Part shown: piece by piece, positions 51,763 to 63,390 of the stretch
Numbering within the stretch: the stretch's first letter is position 1
Layout: each line of letters begins with the position of its first letter
DNA from: Camelus dromedarius
Taxonomy: Eukaryota
Reading direction: 5' to 3'
NCBI RefSeq assembly: GCF_036321535.1
Contig: NC_087436.1
Span: 116,500,001 to 116,564,000 of the forward strand
DNA: 64,000 bases
Notes under the pieces: generated by a model
The model's database searches: none
Seen by the model: only the letters and a program-made list of their open reading frames with translations
Told to the model about the DNA's origin: nothing
Translations under genes and position numbers: made by a program

Positions 51763-52208
51763 CACATTAGTTTTCCATTGCTGTTTTAGCAGAGTGTCAC
51801 AAACCAGGTGGACTAAACCAACACACACCTATCATCAAGTACAAAATGAGGCAGCAGGAATCCCCTCTTTGTGGAGGCTCTAACAGAAATATATTTCCTT
51901 GACTTTTCCAGCTTCTAGAAGCCACTTTCATTCCAGGGATCATGTCCCCTTCCTTTTCAGAGCCCATCATTCACTTCCGTGTCTATATCATATCTCTTTT
52001 CCCATGACTTTGACCTGAATCCCTCTTATAAAAACCCTTATGATTATATTGAATCAAACTGGGTAATCCAAGGTAATCTCGCCATCTCAAGATCCTCAAT
52101 TCATTCACATCTGCAAAGTCTCTTTCACTTTGTAAGGTAATGTACTCACAGGTTCTGGAGATTAGGACGTGGACATCTTGGAGAAGCTATTATTCAGTAG
52201 CTCCACTA
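51763..52208 (-). mobile_element. MLT1C/D MaLR solo LTR
   Basis: cttttccagcttctagaagc...tcacatctgcaaagtc...cacaggttctggagattaggacgtggacatct. Confidence 0.9.
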
Positions 52209-52601
52209 GTAGCTCCTCATTGATTGGTAATGGCAGGTACATTGTAGATGTTGCATTTTTATTGAATGCTGGGAGAGTTTACAGCCTCTCATAAACAACA
52301 AGGGGTCAGAGTCTCTTACTGGTTCCCTGCCCAAATGTATTTGACAGAACCTTGAGTCCTATGATTGCAAAACTAAGTGCTCAGGGAGATAATAGCGAAG
52401 TCAGTGTAAGTGACAATGGACCCCTACTTCTAAATGGTGAGAGGCCCTGCCTCAAAGGACCTGCTCCAGCAGAATCGGCACAGCCAAGTTTCGACATAGG
52501 CTCCTGGGATGGGATGAGTCTGGAGAAAATACTTAACTAAGGAGATAGGAATTTCTCCCCCTGGAGAAGAGATGAAATTGTTTTGCTTTAGAAGTTACAT
52601 A

Positions 52602-53168
52602 GAAGCACTATTTGCAATAGCCAAGACATGGAAACAACCTAAATGTCCATCGACAGACGGCTGGATAAAGAAACTGTGTTATATTTATATAATGGAATAC
52701 TACTCAGCCATAAAAATAATAAATAATGCCATTTGCAGCAACATGGATGGACCTGGAGATAGTCATTCTAAATGAAGTAAGCTAGAAAGAGAAAGAAAAA
52801 TACCACATGGTATCACTTATATGTAGAATATAAAAAAAAAAGACAAACAAACTTATTTATAAAACAGAAATAGACTCACAGACATAGAAAACAAATTTAT
52901 GGTTATCAGTGAGGGATGGGGGTAGGAAGGAATGAATTAGGAGTTCAAGATTTGTAGATACTAATATATATAAAATAGATAAACAACAAGTTCATACTGT
53001 ATAGCACAGGGAATGGTATTTAATGCCTTATAGTAATTTATGGTGAAAAAGAATATGAAAACAAATATATATATATATATGTTTATGTATGACCGAAGAA
53101 TTATTCTATACATTAGAAATTGACACAACATTGTAAACTGACTATATTTCAATAAAAAATATATATAA
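52602..53168 (+). mobile_element. 5'-truncated camelid L1 (older 3' UTR type)
   Basis: ALFAIAKTWKQPKCPSTD; perfect 12-bp TSD agaagttacata at 52590-52601 and 53169-53180. Confidence 0.96.
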
Positions 53169-53274
53169 AGAAGTTACATACAAAATCATAAGATTTATAA
53201 AATGAAAAGGCCAAGGAAGTTTAATTGACTCCAGGTTCTCTTTCTTTCTCTCACTCTGAGATGTGCATCGCTCA

Positions 53275-53435
53275 TCAGCTCTGTAAATAACTTAACCATC
53301 CTGGGCCTCAGGTTTTTTCATCTGCAAAATGGAGAAGGGTCAGTACCCTAGTATTATATATCCTACTTATCCAGGAGAATTGGATGGCATACTGCTCACA
53401 CTGCAGCGAGCTCACCCCCAGTACTTGGCATGTAG
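53275..53435 (+). mobile_element. MIR fragment (another at ~53495-53600)
   Basis: acttaaccatcctgggcctcaggttttttcatctgcaaaatgg. Confidence 0.7.
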
Positions 53436-54130
53436 CCCCAAATACTGATTTTCTTCACTGTGGTCCCATGTCATATCCAATGTGCTTTACAGACCAGCTG
53501 TGTGATCTCTGGCTCTGTTTCTAGGAGCTTTGCTTTTTCTCATTAAAGTATGAAATAATAAATTGTTACCTACTAGGGTTACTACAATCAGATAATTTAT
53601 CAGGAATCACAATTCAAATTCTGTGGCCCATACTGATGGCTTGTGACTCATGGTTTATGTGACATTTTCAGAGCTGTGTGGCAAACACATGCGAGGTCTA
53701 TTCTACAAACCTGATGCCTGTCAGTGTTAGTGAATGAATGTATTCCAGTAAGTGTATTCATCAGTGAATGGGTGTCTTTGTCCATAATGCTTGTCTCTTC
53801 TGTTTTGTGCTTGTGCTCAGAAGGTCTCCCTGTTCTGTAATGACTTCTTTCTTGTTTTCACAATACACCTCAAGCCTCAAGACCCCTTTTTTGCCTCTCT
53901 TGTTTTCTGCCATTATGTCTTCAATGTTTGGATTTTAGCTCTCAGTTCATACCAGCTTGTGTTTCCCTGTGAATAAGTCATCCGTGGTGCCGTGTAAGAA
54001 CTGAAGATGTCTCCTGGACTGTGATCTCATTGGAACTCTACAAAACAGAGACACCCACTCTTCTCTGTTGGCTCCAGATTATCTTTCTGGAAGGGGATGC
54101 TGATCTTCCATCAGGATTCAGCTCAGTAAT

Positions 54131-54523
54131 TGTCTTAGTTTGGATTCACCCAGAAGCAGACTCAGTGACAAGTAAGCAGGTGCAAGTGAAAAACACAGTA
54201 GAGGGTTAGGGAGTAAACATGGAAAAGAAAGCAAGGAATAAGGGTTTATTATCACTTTGGACTACAGGAGAATTCTAGAATGTTGAAGACCATGCTTTTC
54301 AGAGTTAGCCCACTTGAGAGGTTGGTGAGCTAGGATACTTCTACGTAAACTCCAGTTGTCTTTGAGGACTACTGGGAAAGCAGGCATGAATTTTCTAGTA
54401 TTTCTATGCAGCCACACCATGGACAGAGTGAACTCAGGCCTTTGAGAAAAGAAATCAGGGACTGGCAATTAAAAATCTATTAGGGTGAGGGGATGTAGTA
54501 GGGGCACTGAGAGTCTGTGCCAC
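54131..54523 (-). mobile_element. LTR16C-like ERV-L solo LTR
   Basis: tgtcttagtttggattcacccagaagcagac...ggggcactgagagtctgtgccaca. Confidence 0.8.
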
Positions 54524-54564
54524 AGGAGTTAGAAACATAAAATTAGAATCAATGAAAGCTAGAC

Positions 54565-56210
54565 TCTTTGGAAAATGTCTATTCAGTTCCTCTGCCTACT
54601 TTTTAATCAGGTTGTTTGTTTTTCGTTATTGAGTTGCATGAGTTCTTTACATATTTTGAATATTAATCCCTTATCTGATACATGGCTTGCAAATATTTTC
54701 TCCCATTCTGTAGATTACCTTTTCATTTGGCTGATTGTTTCTTTTGCTGTGCAGAAACTTTTTAGTCTGATGTAATCCCATTTATTGATTTTTTTTGCTT
54801 TTTTTGCTTGTGCTTTTGATGTCATATCTAATAAATTGTTTCCAATATCCAGAAGCTTTTAACTTATATTTTCTTATAGGAGTTTTGTTTTGTTTTGTTT
54901 TGGTTTGGTTTGCTTTGCTTTGCTTTGCTTTGTTTTGTTGGTTTTAGGTCTTATGCTTAAGTCTTTAATCTACTTCAAGGTAATTATTGTAAGTAGTGTA
55001 AAATAGATGTCCAGCTACACTTTCTTGTATGTGGTTGTCCAGTTTCCCCAACACCATTTATGGAAGAGACTATTCTTTCCCTATTGCATATTCTTGTTTC
55101 CCTTCTCAAATGTTAGTTGACTGTGCATATATGTGTTTATTTCTGGGCTTTCAATTATGTTCCATTGGTCTTTGTGTCTATTTTTATATCAGTACCATAC
55201 TGTTTAACTACTATAGCTTTATTATAGTGTAGTTTGAGATCAGGAAGTGTGATGCTTCCAGCTTTGTTCTTTTTTGCCTCAGGATTGCTTTGTCTATTCA
55301 GAGTCTTCTGCAATGCCATACACTTTTGGATTGGTTTTTTTTCTATTTCTTTGAAAAATGCCATTAGGATCATGATAGGAATTTTATTGAAACTATAAAT
55401 GGCTTTGAGTAATACAGATATTTTAGTAATATTAATTCTTCCAATGCATAAATGTAAAATATCTTTCCATTGGCCCAGATTTCCTCCTCAGATTCTTTCA
55501 TTATATCACATCTGTTAGAATGGCTATCCTCTAAAAGACAAAAGATAAAAAGCATTGGCAATGATGGAGAGAAAAAGGTAACTCTTATACACTGCTGGTG
55601 GGAATGTAAATTAGTGCAGCCACTATGGAAAACAGTAGGAACTTCCTCAAAAAATTAAAAAATAGAACTTCCATATGATCCAGCAATTCCACTTTTGGGT
55701 ATATACATATCCAAAGGAAATGAAAACAACATATTGAGGAAATATCTGCATTCCTATATTTATTGCAACATTATTCACAATAACCAAGATATGGAGACAA
55801 CGCAAGTGCCCATCAGTAGATGAATGGATAAAGAAGATATGAGATATATTTGTATACACACACAATAGAGTATTATCAGCTGTGAGAAAGAAGAAAATCC
55901 TTTTGCGAAACATGGATGGACCTTGAGAGCATTATGCTAAGTGAAACAAATCAGAGAAAGGCAAATATTATATGATATCATTTATATATGAAATTGAGAA
56001 AAATTGAACTCATAGAAATGGAGAGCAGAGTGGTGGGTGAAGGAAATGTGGAGATATTGGTGAAAGGGTGAAAAGTCCCAATTAGAAGGTGACTCAACAG
56101 AGGATTTAATGCACAGCATTATGAATATAGTTAACAATACTGTATTATATACTTGAAAGTCGCTAGGAGAGTAAATTTTAAATGTTCTCACCACAAAAAA
56201 AAAGAAATGA

Positions 56211-56256
<46 letters not shown>

Positions 56257-56381
56257 AAATATGTTAGCTAATTCTACCATGGTAATCAGATTATGATATA
56301 TAAGTGTATCAAATCAGCATGTCATACACCTGAAACCTACACAATGCTATATGTCAATTATATCTCAATAAAGTTGGAAAA
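54565..56381 (+). mobile_element. L1MA9-like L1 with a ~0.9-kb 5' inversion (54565-55501 antisense, 55502-56381 sense)
   Basis: Antisense ORF2 (KAGSITLPDLKLHY) joined to sense [16 protein letters not shown] and 3' UTR; TSD aaagctagac (54555-54564) / aaaactagac (56382-56391). Contains a pentamer repeat at ~54883-54945 and (TA)n at 56214-56253. Confidence 0.92.
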
Positions 56382-58084
56382 AAAACTAGACCCCAAACCC
56401 TTTTTCTACCATATACTATAAGAACTTAAATTACTTTACTTCTTTTATCTAAGTCTAATCCTCTTCTTTAAAAAATGGCTGTTATAATAATATATACTTT
56501 TAGACTTGCTGTAAGGACTAAGTAAAATAATAAAATCGGTGTACAGCCTAGCCCATTTAAATGGTAGCAGTTGTTATTGCTTTTATTATTGTTATTAAGC
56601 CAGATTTGGCACAACACAATAGCCTGCCCACAGGAGTGCTTAATAAGTATTTACTGAATCTAAATTTATATATCCAAAAAGTTTTTTTAAACTTCAAAAG
56701 ACATTACCTTGAATTTCCCTTATTTGTATTTTTTCCACTACACTACCCAGAAGAACAGAAAACTACAGATGTTGTTGAAAATAATTCTTCACACATCAGG
56801 GACACACTTAGTATGTATTAACGGAATGGCTTGGCTTGGCTTTTTATTTTCCATGAAAAAGAAACTAATTAGAAGGAAGGGAAAAACATAAAAAGCAAAA
56901 TTTTCTTCAAACAGGACATGAAAAGAGAGCTATTCTTCAAATATTTATAGGGTTTTGGCCCCAGAGTCCCCCATGTTTTCATCTCAATTCAATAGCCTCA
57001 GGAAGATGGGGAGGGTGCATTGTATAATATGATGGGAAGGGGGAGCCTCCAGAGGATTACAAGGTTGAGAGGCTGCATCACTGCGGGAGGATCCAGGACA
57101 TGTTTTCTGCCTCCTTTTCTGGGTATTACAAATGGGGAGGGAGAAGAGGGACGCAACAAGATTTTGAATCTGGAAGACATGGAAGGAACAAAGATTTTTT
57201 AAAATGAGGAGGAGACTTTTAATTGTCATAGTTCTGGTTCTTTAGGTCTCAAGGCACAGGACTCACATGTCACGGGAAAGATGCTGGAAGGAATCAGAGG
57301 ATGAGTTTAAGTCCCAGACTTGGAAAGGGTTCTCTGGACCTCAGTGCAGGGCTGGGTGGTCCTCTCTCCTGGCAGGTTGACGTCATTAATGTGGCTCAGC
57401 TCTGACGTCTCTCTGTTCTCATGTGACATTCCTGGGAGACAGAACAACCCAGCTGGGGACAGCTGGCTCTGTTCTGGGCTAGTCAGCAGTGGTGAGGGAC
57501 AGAGTTCCCTGGCCCAGACGCGATCTGGGAGAGAGGCAGCCAACCTCCCTGGCATTTAGTGCTGCTCTGTGCTCTCTTCTGCCCTTTACTCTCTTCTTAC
57601 AACTCCCAAGAGAGTTAGAGTAGGGCGGGCTGAGAGTTCCCTTCATTTGGCAAGTGCCTGACTGCAGAGAATTAGAAAATGCAGGAGGGGCCTGGGAGAC
57701 AAGTAACGGAGAGCTGTGACTTTAAGGCAGTCAGGTAAAGGAATGAAACATCCAATGTGTTTTCTAAATAACCTAAATTCGTTCACCTAAGATTGTGAAC
57801 TTGAGATTCAGGGCAGAAGTGAAAGACAATAGAGCTAAAATAAATTAAATAATTCAAATAGCATTGGAAACACAGGAAAATTTTTCACCAGTGTTGTATC
57901 ATTTAATGCTAATAGTACCCTGATGAGAAGGAGTCAATAGTTCCATGTTATAAAAAAGGACCATGGTGTTGTAAGTGGACGCGTTTTTTTTTAAATACCA
58001 AATCTGATTCCCCACCTTAGGATCTGCCACGTACTGTGCTTTCCTGTTGAAGTGACCTTAGTGAAAGCTCATGCTACTCCCACA

Positions 58085-60330
58085 AATTTTTATTTCTTTA
58101 GTAATTTCAGTTGAGTTACAATTCATATACAGTGAAGTCCACCCATCATAATTGTAAAGTTCAATAAATTTTGGCAAATACATGTATCCAAACTATCCTT
58201 ACCTCCCATCACATAGTGGATTGTTTCTATCACCTAGATATATACCTCATGCTGTTTCTTGCAGACTCTGTTCTGATTTCTACCATTTCATATGAATAGA
58301 CAAATACATTGATTATTCTTTTGGGATCTAGTTTCTCTTGCTCAATATAATTTTTTTGTTTAATATCCTCCCATGTTATTATATAGAACAACTATTCCTT
58401 TTCAATGGTTGAGGAGTATTTCTTTTTTTTAACATTTTTTATTGATTTATAATCATTTTACAATGTTGTGTCAAATTCCAGTGTAGAAAACAATTTTTCA
58501 GTTATACATGGACATATATATATTCATTGTCACATTTTTTTTCTCTGTGAGCTACCATAAGATCTTGTATATATTTCCCTGTGCAATACAGTATAATCTT
58601 GTTTATCTGTTCTACATTTTGAAATCTCAGTCTGTCCCTTCCCACCACCCTCTCCACTTGGCAACCACAAGTTTGTATTCTATGTCTATGAGTCTGTTTC
58701 TGTTTTGTATTTATGGTTTTTTGTTTTTTGTTTTTTGGCTTTTTTTTTTAGACTCCACATATGAATGATCTCATATGGTATTTTTCTTTCTCTTTCTGGC
58801 TTACTTCACTTTGAATGACATTCTCCAGGAACATCCATGTTGCTGCAAATGGCATTATGTTGTTATTTTTTATGGCTGAATAGTAGTCCATTGTATAAAT
58901 ATAACACATCTTCTTTATCCAATCATCTGTTGATGGGCATTTAGGCTGTTTCCATGTCTTGGCTATTGTAAATAGTGCTGCTATGAACATTGGTATGCAG
59001 GTGTCTTTTTGAAGTAAGATTCCTTCTGGATATACGCCCAGGAGTGGGATTCCTGGGTCATGTGGTAAGTCTGTTCCTAGTCTTTTGAGGAATCTCCATA
59101 CTGTTTTCCACAGTGGCTATACCAAACTTCATTCCCACCAGCAGTGTAGGAGGGTTCCCTTTTCTCCACAGCCTCTCCAGCATTTGTCATTTGTGGATTT
59201 TTGAATGATGGCCATTTTGAGTGGTGTGAAGTGATACCTCATTGTAGTTTTGATTTGCATTTCTCTGATAATTAGTGATATTGAGCATTTTTTCATGTGC
59301 CTATTGATCATTTGTATGTCTTCCTTGGAGAATTGCTTATTTAGGTCTTTGGCCCATTTTTGGATTGGGTTGTTTGGTTGTTTCTTACTAAGTCATATGA
59401 GCTGCTTATATATTCTGGAGATCAAGGTTGAGTAGTATTTCAATGTAAGAATACACTATCTTTTTTCCTCTTAATTTATTCACCTAGACATGGACATTTG
59501 AGTGTTTCCAGTTTGGGGCTACTAAGAATAAAGTTGCTATGAACATGTATTTGTATACAGGACTTTTTATGGACACATATAGCCATTACCCTTGGGTAAA
59601 TATCTAGAAGTAGACTTACTGGATCACAGGATACATGTGTATTTGACATTGTAAAAAATTTCCCATGCTATTTTTTTTTCAAAAATGGTTATATTTTCCA
59701 TGCCCACCAACAATGTGAAAGCATTCAGATTACCTCACAGCCTCACTAATACTGGGCATTGCCCATTTTAAAATTTTAGCCTTTTTAGTGAATGTGAAAT
59801 AGTATCTCACTCAGGTTTTAACTTGAATCCCTTCATGACAAATGATGGTGAGCACATTTTCATGAATTTATATGTCACCTGTATCTCTTTTGAATGGCTC
59901 TATGTTGCTTGTATCTTTAATATTGAGTTGCATGAATTCTTTATTTTTTCTAGACACAAGTTTTTTTCCCAGATGTACGTATTATAAACACTGCCATCAT
60001 CCAATTTGTGACTTTTATTTTGAGTTTTCTTAATGTTATCTTTTAACTAAAATATTTTGTTTTAACCAGACTTATTTTCTAAATCCAATACAGGATTTTT
60101 TATGGTTACTGCCTTTTATGTCCTAAGAAAATTTTGCCTGTCTCCCAAATTTTATAATTTTAGTTACAGTTTGTGTTCTGATTTTCCTTAAACTTAAATG
60201 CCATATTAAATAAGATATGGGTTGAGATTCATTTATTTTCATATACTGATAGCTAGTTTTTTTAACACTATTTGTTCAAGATTTTATTTTGCTCTTGAAT
60301 TGGCCTTGGTGCCTTTGTTGCAAATCAGTT
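58085..60330 (-). mobile_element. Old L1 (L1ME/L1MB-like), host of a young L1
   Basis: acaattcatatacagtgaagtccacc...ggacatttgagtgtttccagtttggggct...cccaccaacaatgtg. Confidence 0.85.
58423..59425 (-). mobile_element. Young camelid L1, 5'-truncated (~1 kb)
   Basis: Same family as 44172-45480; 16-bp TSD ggttgag(g/t)agtatttc at 58407-58422 and 59426-59441; endonuclease-type site tttc/aa. Confidence 0.97.
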
Positions 60331-60479
60331 TAACATTTAGAAGAACATTTCATGAACATGTGTATTGTGTCAGGAGTTTTTGTAAGCACTTCCTTTTAAC
60401 AAAAAAGAATTATCCTCTTTTTACTTGAGTTTGAAATTTTTGTCTCTCTTACTAAAACAATGCATTCTACCAAAAACGT

Positions 60480-61720
60480 CCAGTTAAATTCTGTCTATTT
60501 TCACTGAACTAAAATTTAGAAAGGAAAGAAAAACTTCTAAATGCTTCTAGGAAGATAAACAAACAAACAAAAAAAGACTATATTCAAAGGATCATGAATC
60601 AGAAAGACAGTAGATTTATAATCAGAAAAATTGGCCGCCATGAGACAGTGAAAAACGCCTTTGAAATTCTGAAAGAAAAATATGTGAACCTTGTATTCTA
60701 TACCTCAAACATGAAATATATGTGAAGATAAACTAAAGACATTTTTAGACAAGCAATTCTTAATATTCTTAATATTAAGCAATTCTTAGTATGTTACCTT
60801 CTTTGTGGTCCTTCATAGGAGGCTAATAGAGGGTATTCTCATAAAAATAAGGAACTAAAACAAGATACAGGAGGCATGAGATTCACAACACAAAAGGCAA
60901 ACAGACAAGGAAAATCCTAGGAAAATTGTTAAGGGGAATTGCCAGATCTCACCTGTACAACTGAACCAGAAGTAAATCATCACAGCTAAGACAGGTCAGA
61001 AATTTCTAGGCTGCACAAAAGTCAGTATATTTAAATGCATCAAAAGTTTTCATAGTTGAGAGAAATGTGGGGAATACATTAGCAATAAGTGCATAGATGG
61101 GGGGAGGGTATAGCTCAAGTGGTAAAGCACATGCTTAGCATGCATGAGGACCTGGGTTCAATCCCCAGTACCTCCTCCAAAAATAAACAAACCTAATAAC
61201 CTCCCCCCTGCCAAAATAAAATAATTAAATAATACAATAATAAATAAACAAATTTTTAAGTGCATAGATGATTATAAACAAAGACAAAATACTGCACAAG
61301 AAAAATAAAAATCATCATAGTTTACTAAATGACCCAGCCATCAATAGATTTACATGGTCATGATAATTTAAATTCTAAATAATGATCTAAACCAAATTAT
61401 GACGTATTTATTGTAGGTAGCAGAATAACTGGAAAGTGAGCTGATGATAGGTGCAAGGGAAGAAGATGTCAAAGAAAGAAAAATCCTATTTGTGTACCAA
61501 GAACACATTACATAAAGCTTAAAATTGTAAAAGTAATAAGTAGACATTTAATTTTGTTATATGAACATGGAGAAAAACGGCAGAATTGGCTGTGCTTGGA
61601 GAGAAGGAAAAAGTTTGGAGGGCAGTCAGGGACGGTCTTTTCCATAACAGTACTTGTAGAATAGTTTTACTTTTTATATTAAATGCATGCATAACTGATA
61701 AAAATTTTTTAAAGAAAACT
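60480..61720 (+). mobile_element. HAL1-like (half-L1) decayed ORF1 and 3' region
   Basis: ttcaaaggatcatgaatcagaa...gcctttgaaattctgaaagaaaa...taaagacatttttagaca...ggaaaatcctaggaaaattgttaagggga. Confidence 0.7.
61100..61256 (+). mobile_element. Camelid tRNA-derived SINE (Vic-1-like)
   Basis: ggggagggtatagctcaagtggtaaagcacatgcttagcatgcatgaggacctgggttcaatccccagtacctcc; TSD taagtgcatagatg at 61086-61099 and 61257-61270. Confidence 0.95.
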
Positions 61721-61764
61721 TTTTTTTAAGAAAGGGTCCTGAATTGAAAAATCTGGAGGGGCCT

Positions 61765-61940
61765 TAATTTCACTGGAGACACTTCCATAAACTAGCTGTG
61801 TTTCTCAAGTTGCCTGTGGATCTCAGTTCCCTTTTCCATAAAATGAAGACAAGTAAGCCTATTCTGTAGTTTTAGAAAGACAAAGTGTGAACCTCTCACT
61901 ACTAAAATGCAGGTAGAAAAGTCTTTAATAAAATATTTCT
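61765..61940 (+). mobile_element. MIR
   Basis: taactagctgtg...ctcagttcccttttccataaaatgaaga. Confidence 0.65.
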
Positions 61941-62780
61941 TGGTGATTATCTGAATTGAAGTCATGTGGGTTTCTTCTTAAAATGCATGTCCAATCCATC
62001 ATCTGTAAATCCTAAAACTTGGCCTTTGTGCTCAAGGATTTGTGCATCTGGTGAAGCCTTAGTTGATTCTGATGCCCAACATAGCTTGGGCATTAGATGC
62101 ATTTGGTTTCAATCCCTGTCTTGCATAGACCAGTAACCTGGGAAATTTCCTTAAACTGCCTTGGCCTCTGTTTTCAAACTTTTTGACTAGAGTGTGATGA
62201 TTTCTCCAGCATATAAAAATTTGAGCACTGGGTCTGCCATTGTCAAGCATTTAATAAATGTGCATTCTCTCTCTCTCCATCCATCAGCTTTGTCTCTGAT
62301 ATAAAATTATCTTGGTGCATTACAGAATCAGACAGTGAAAATAAAAAATTCCAGACATTGAATTGGATCCAGCTTCAATTGTACAAACGACCAACAGCTG
62401 GTTATTGAGCGACTGGTATGTGCCCAGCATTCCGTGAGATGCTGTGAGGAAAATTAGTATTTTAGGAACAGAAGTTTATGCCATAAGAGGTCATTTTGAC
62501 AGACGGCATCAATGCAAAGCCATTACAGAAACAGAGTCTGTTTAAGGATGGAAGATAATTTTTAGAGGATTTCTGGTTAAACACCTCCATTACATAGAGG
62601 AAGGGGCAGGGGAGCTGTAAGGGGAGATTTGCTCAAATCTATACAAATAACGATGGAGAAATATACCAAACTCAGGTAGGACAATTCAAAGGCCATTTTT
62701 CTTCTGAATGCAACAGTGATTTTCAGAACTCCTTTTTTTTTATTATAAGCTAATTTTTTCTAGTCAAATAGGATATGTAA

Positions 62781-62803
62781 TCTCTCTCTCCCTCTCTCTC
62801 TCT

Positions 62804-62851
<48 letters not shown>
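62781..62851. repeat. Compound (TC)n-(TA)n microsatellite
   Basis: Direct reading. Confidence 0.95.
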
Positions 62852-62854
<3 letters not shown>

Positions 62855-62924
62855 CAAAGCTTCTCTGTTTGAGGTAAAATTCAAATGTCCACAGTTACAT
62901 CCCCTTGGACCCTTCATAGAAACT

Positions 62925-63390
62925 GTCAATGGTTGGTTATCCAAATATCACCAATATAACCTGTTGATAAGACAAGAGTGAGTTTGTTGTTTACAGAGGT
63001 TAAGGAAGACACTGTCTTCACAAAGCTTTGGCAGTGTCTCAGCATGAGGATGGTAAGATCAGAATTTATTGAAACTTGGAAGTTTGGCTTAAGGCAAGTC
63101 CTCCAGTGCGGGGATTTGATACAGATTGAATAAGAATTTTGATACAACAACCAAAGATTTGTGGAAATTGCAAGCAAAGACCCTGAGGTGAAGGATTCAA
63201 AAAATTTGAGGATGTAAACTCTCTGTTGCTGCTTTCCTTTGAAGAGTCAGTGGGTCTTTTAGGAAGTTCCTGAAATGAGTGCCCAATCATTTGGTTGGGC
63301 AGAACAACTCCAGAGAAGCGAGGTAGTGTCATGAAGATGTGGAATAGCAAAGCCAAGGTAATGTGGGCAATGAACTATGGTTTCAGTTCA
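62925..63390 (-). mobile_element. Old ERV1-type LTR (MER110-like)
   Basis: Reverse complement starts tgaactgaaaccatagttcattgcccacattaccttggctttgctattccacatcttcat; the family match is from memory. Confidence 0.5.

Noticed and set aside
6545..59425. L1 strand bias as evidence for a host gene's direction
   Set aside because: Well-preserved L1s are split about evenly (4 minus, 5 plus), so intronic versus intergenic status cannot be inferred.
60751..60792. Short local duplication aagcaattcttaatatt... (similar cases at 18811-18843 and 26289-26307)
   Set aside because: Ordinary slippage inside old repeats.
61100..61175. tRNA gene (also 30495-30570)
   Set aside because: The tRNA-like head is followed by a SINE body, A-rich tail and TSD, so it is a SINE.
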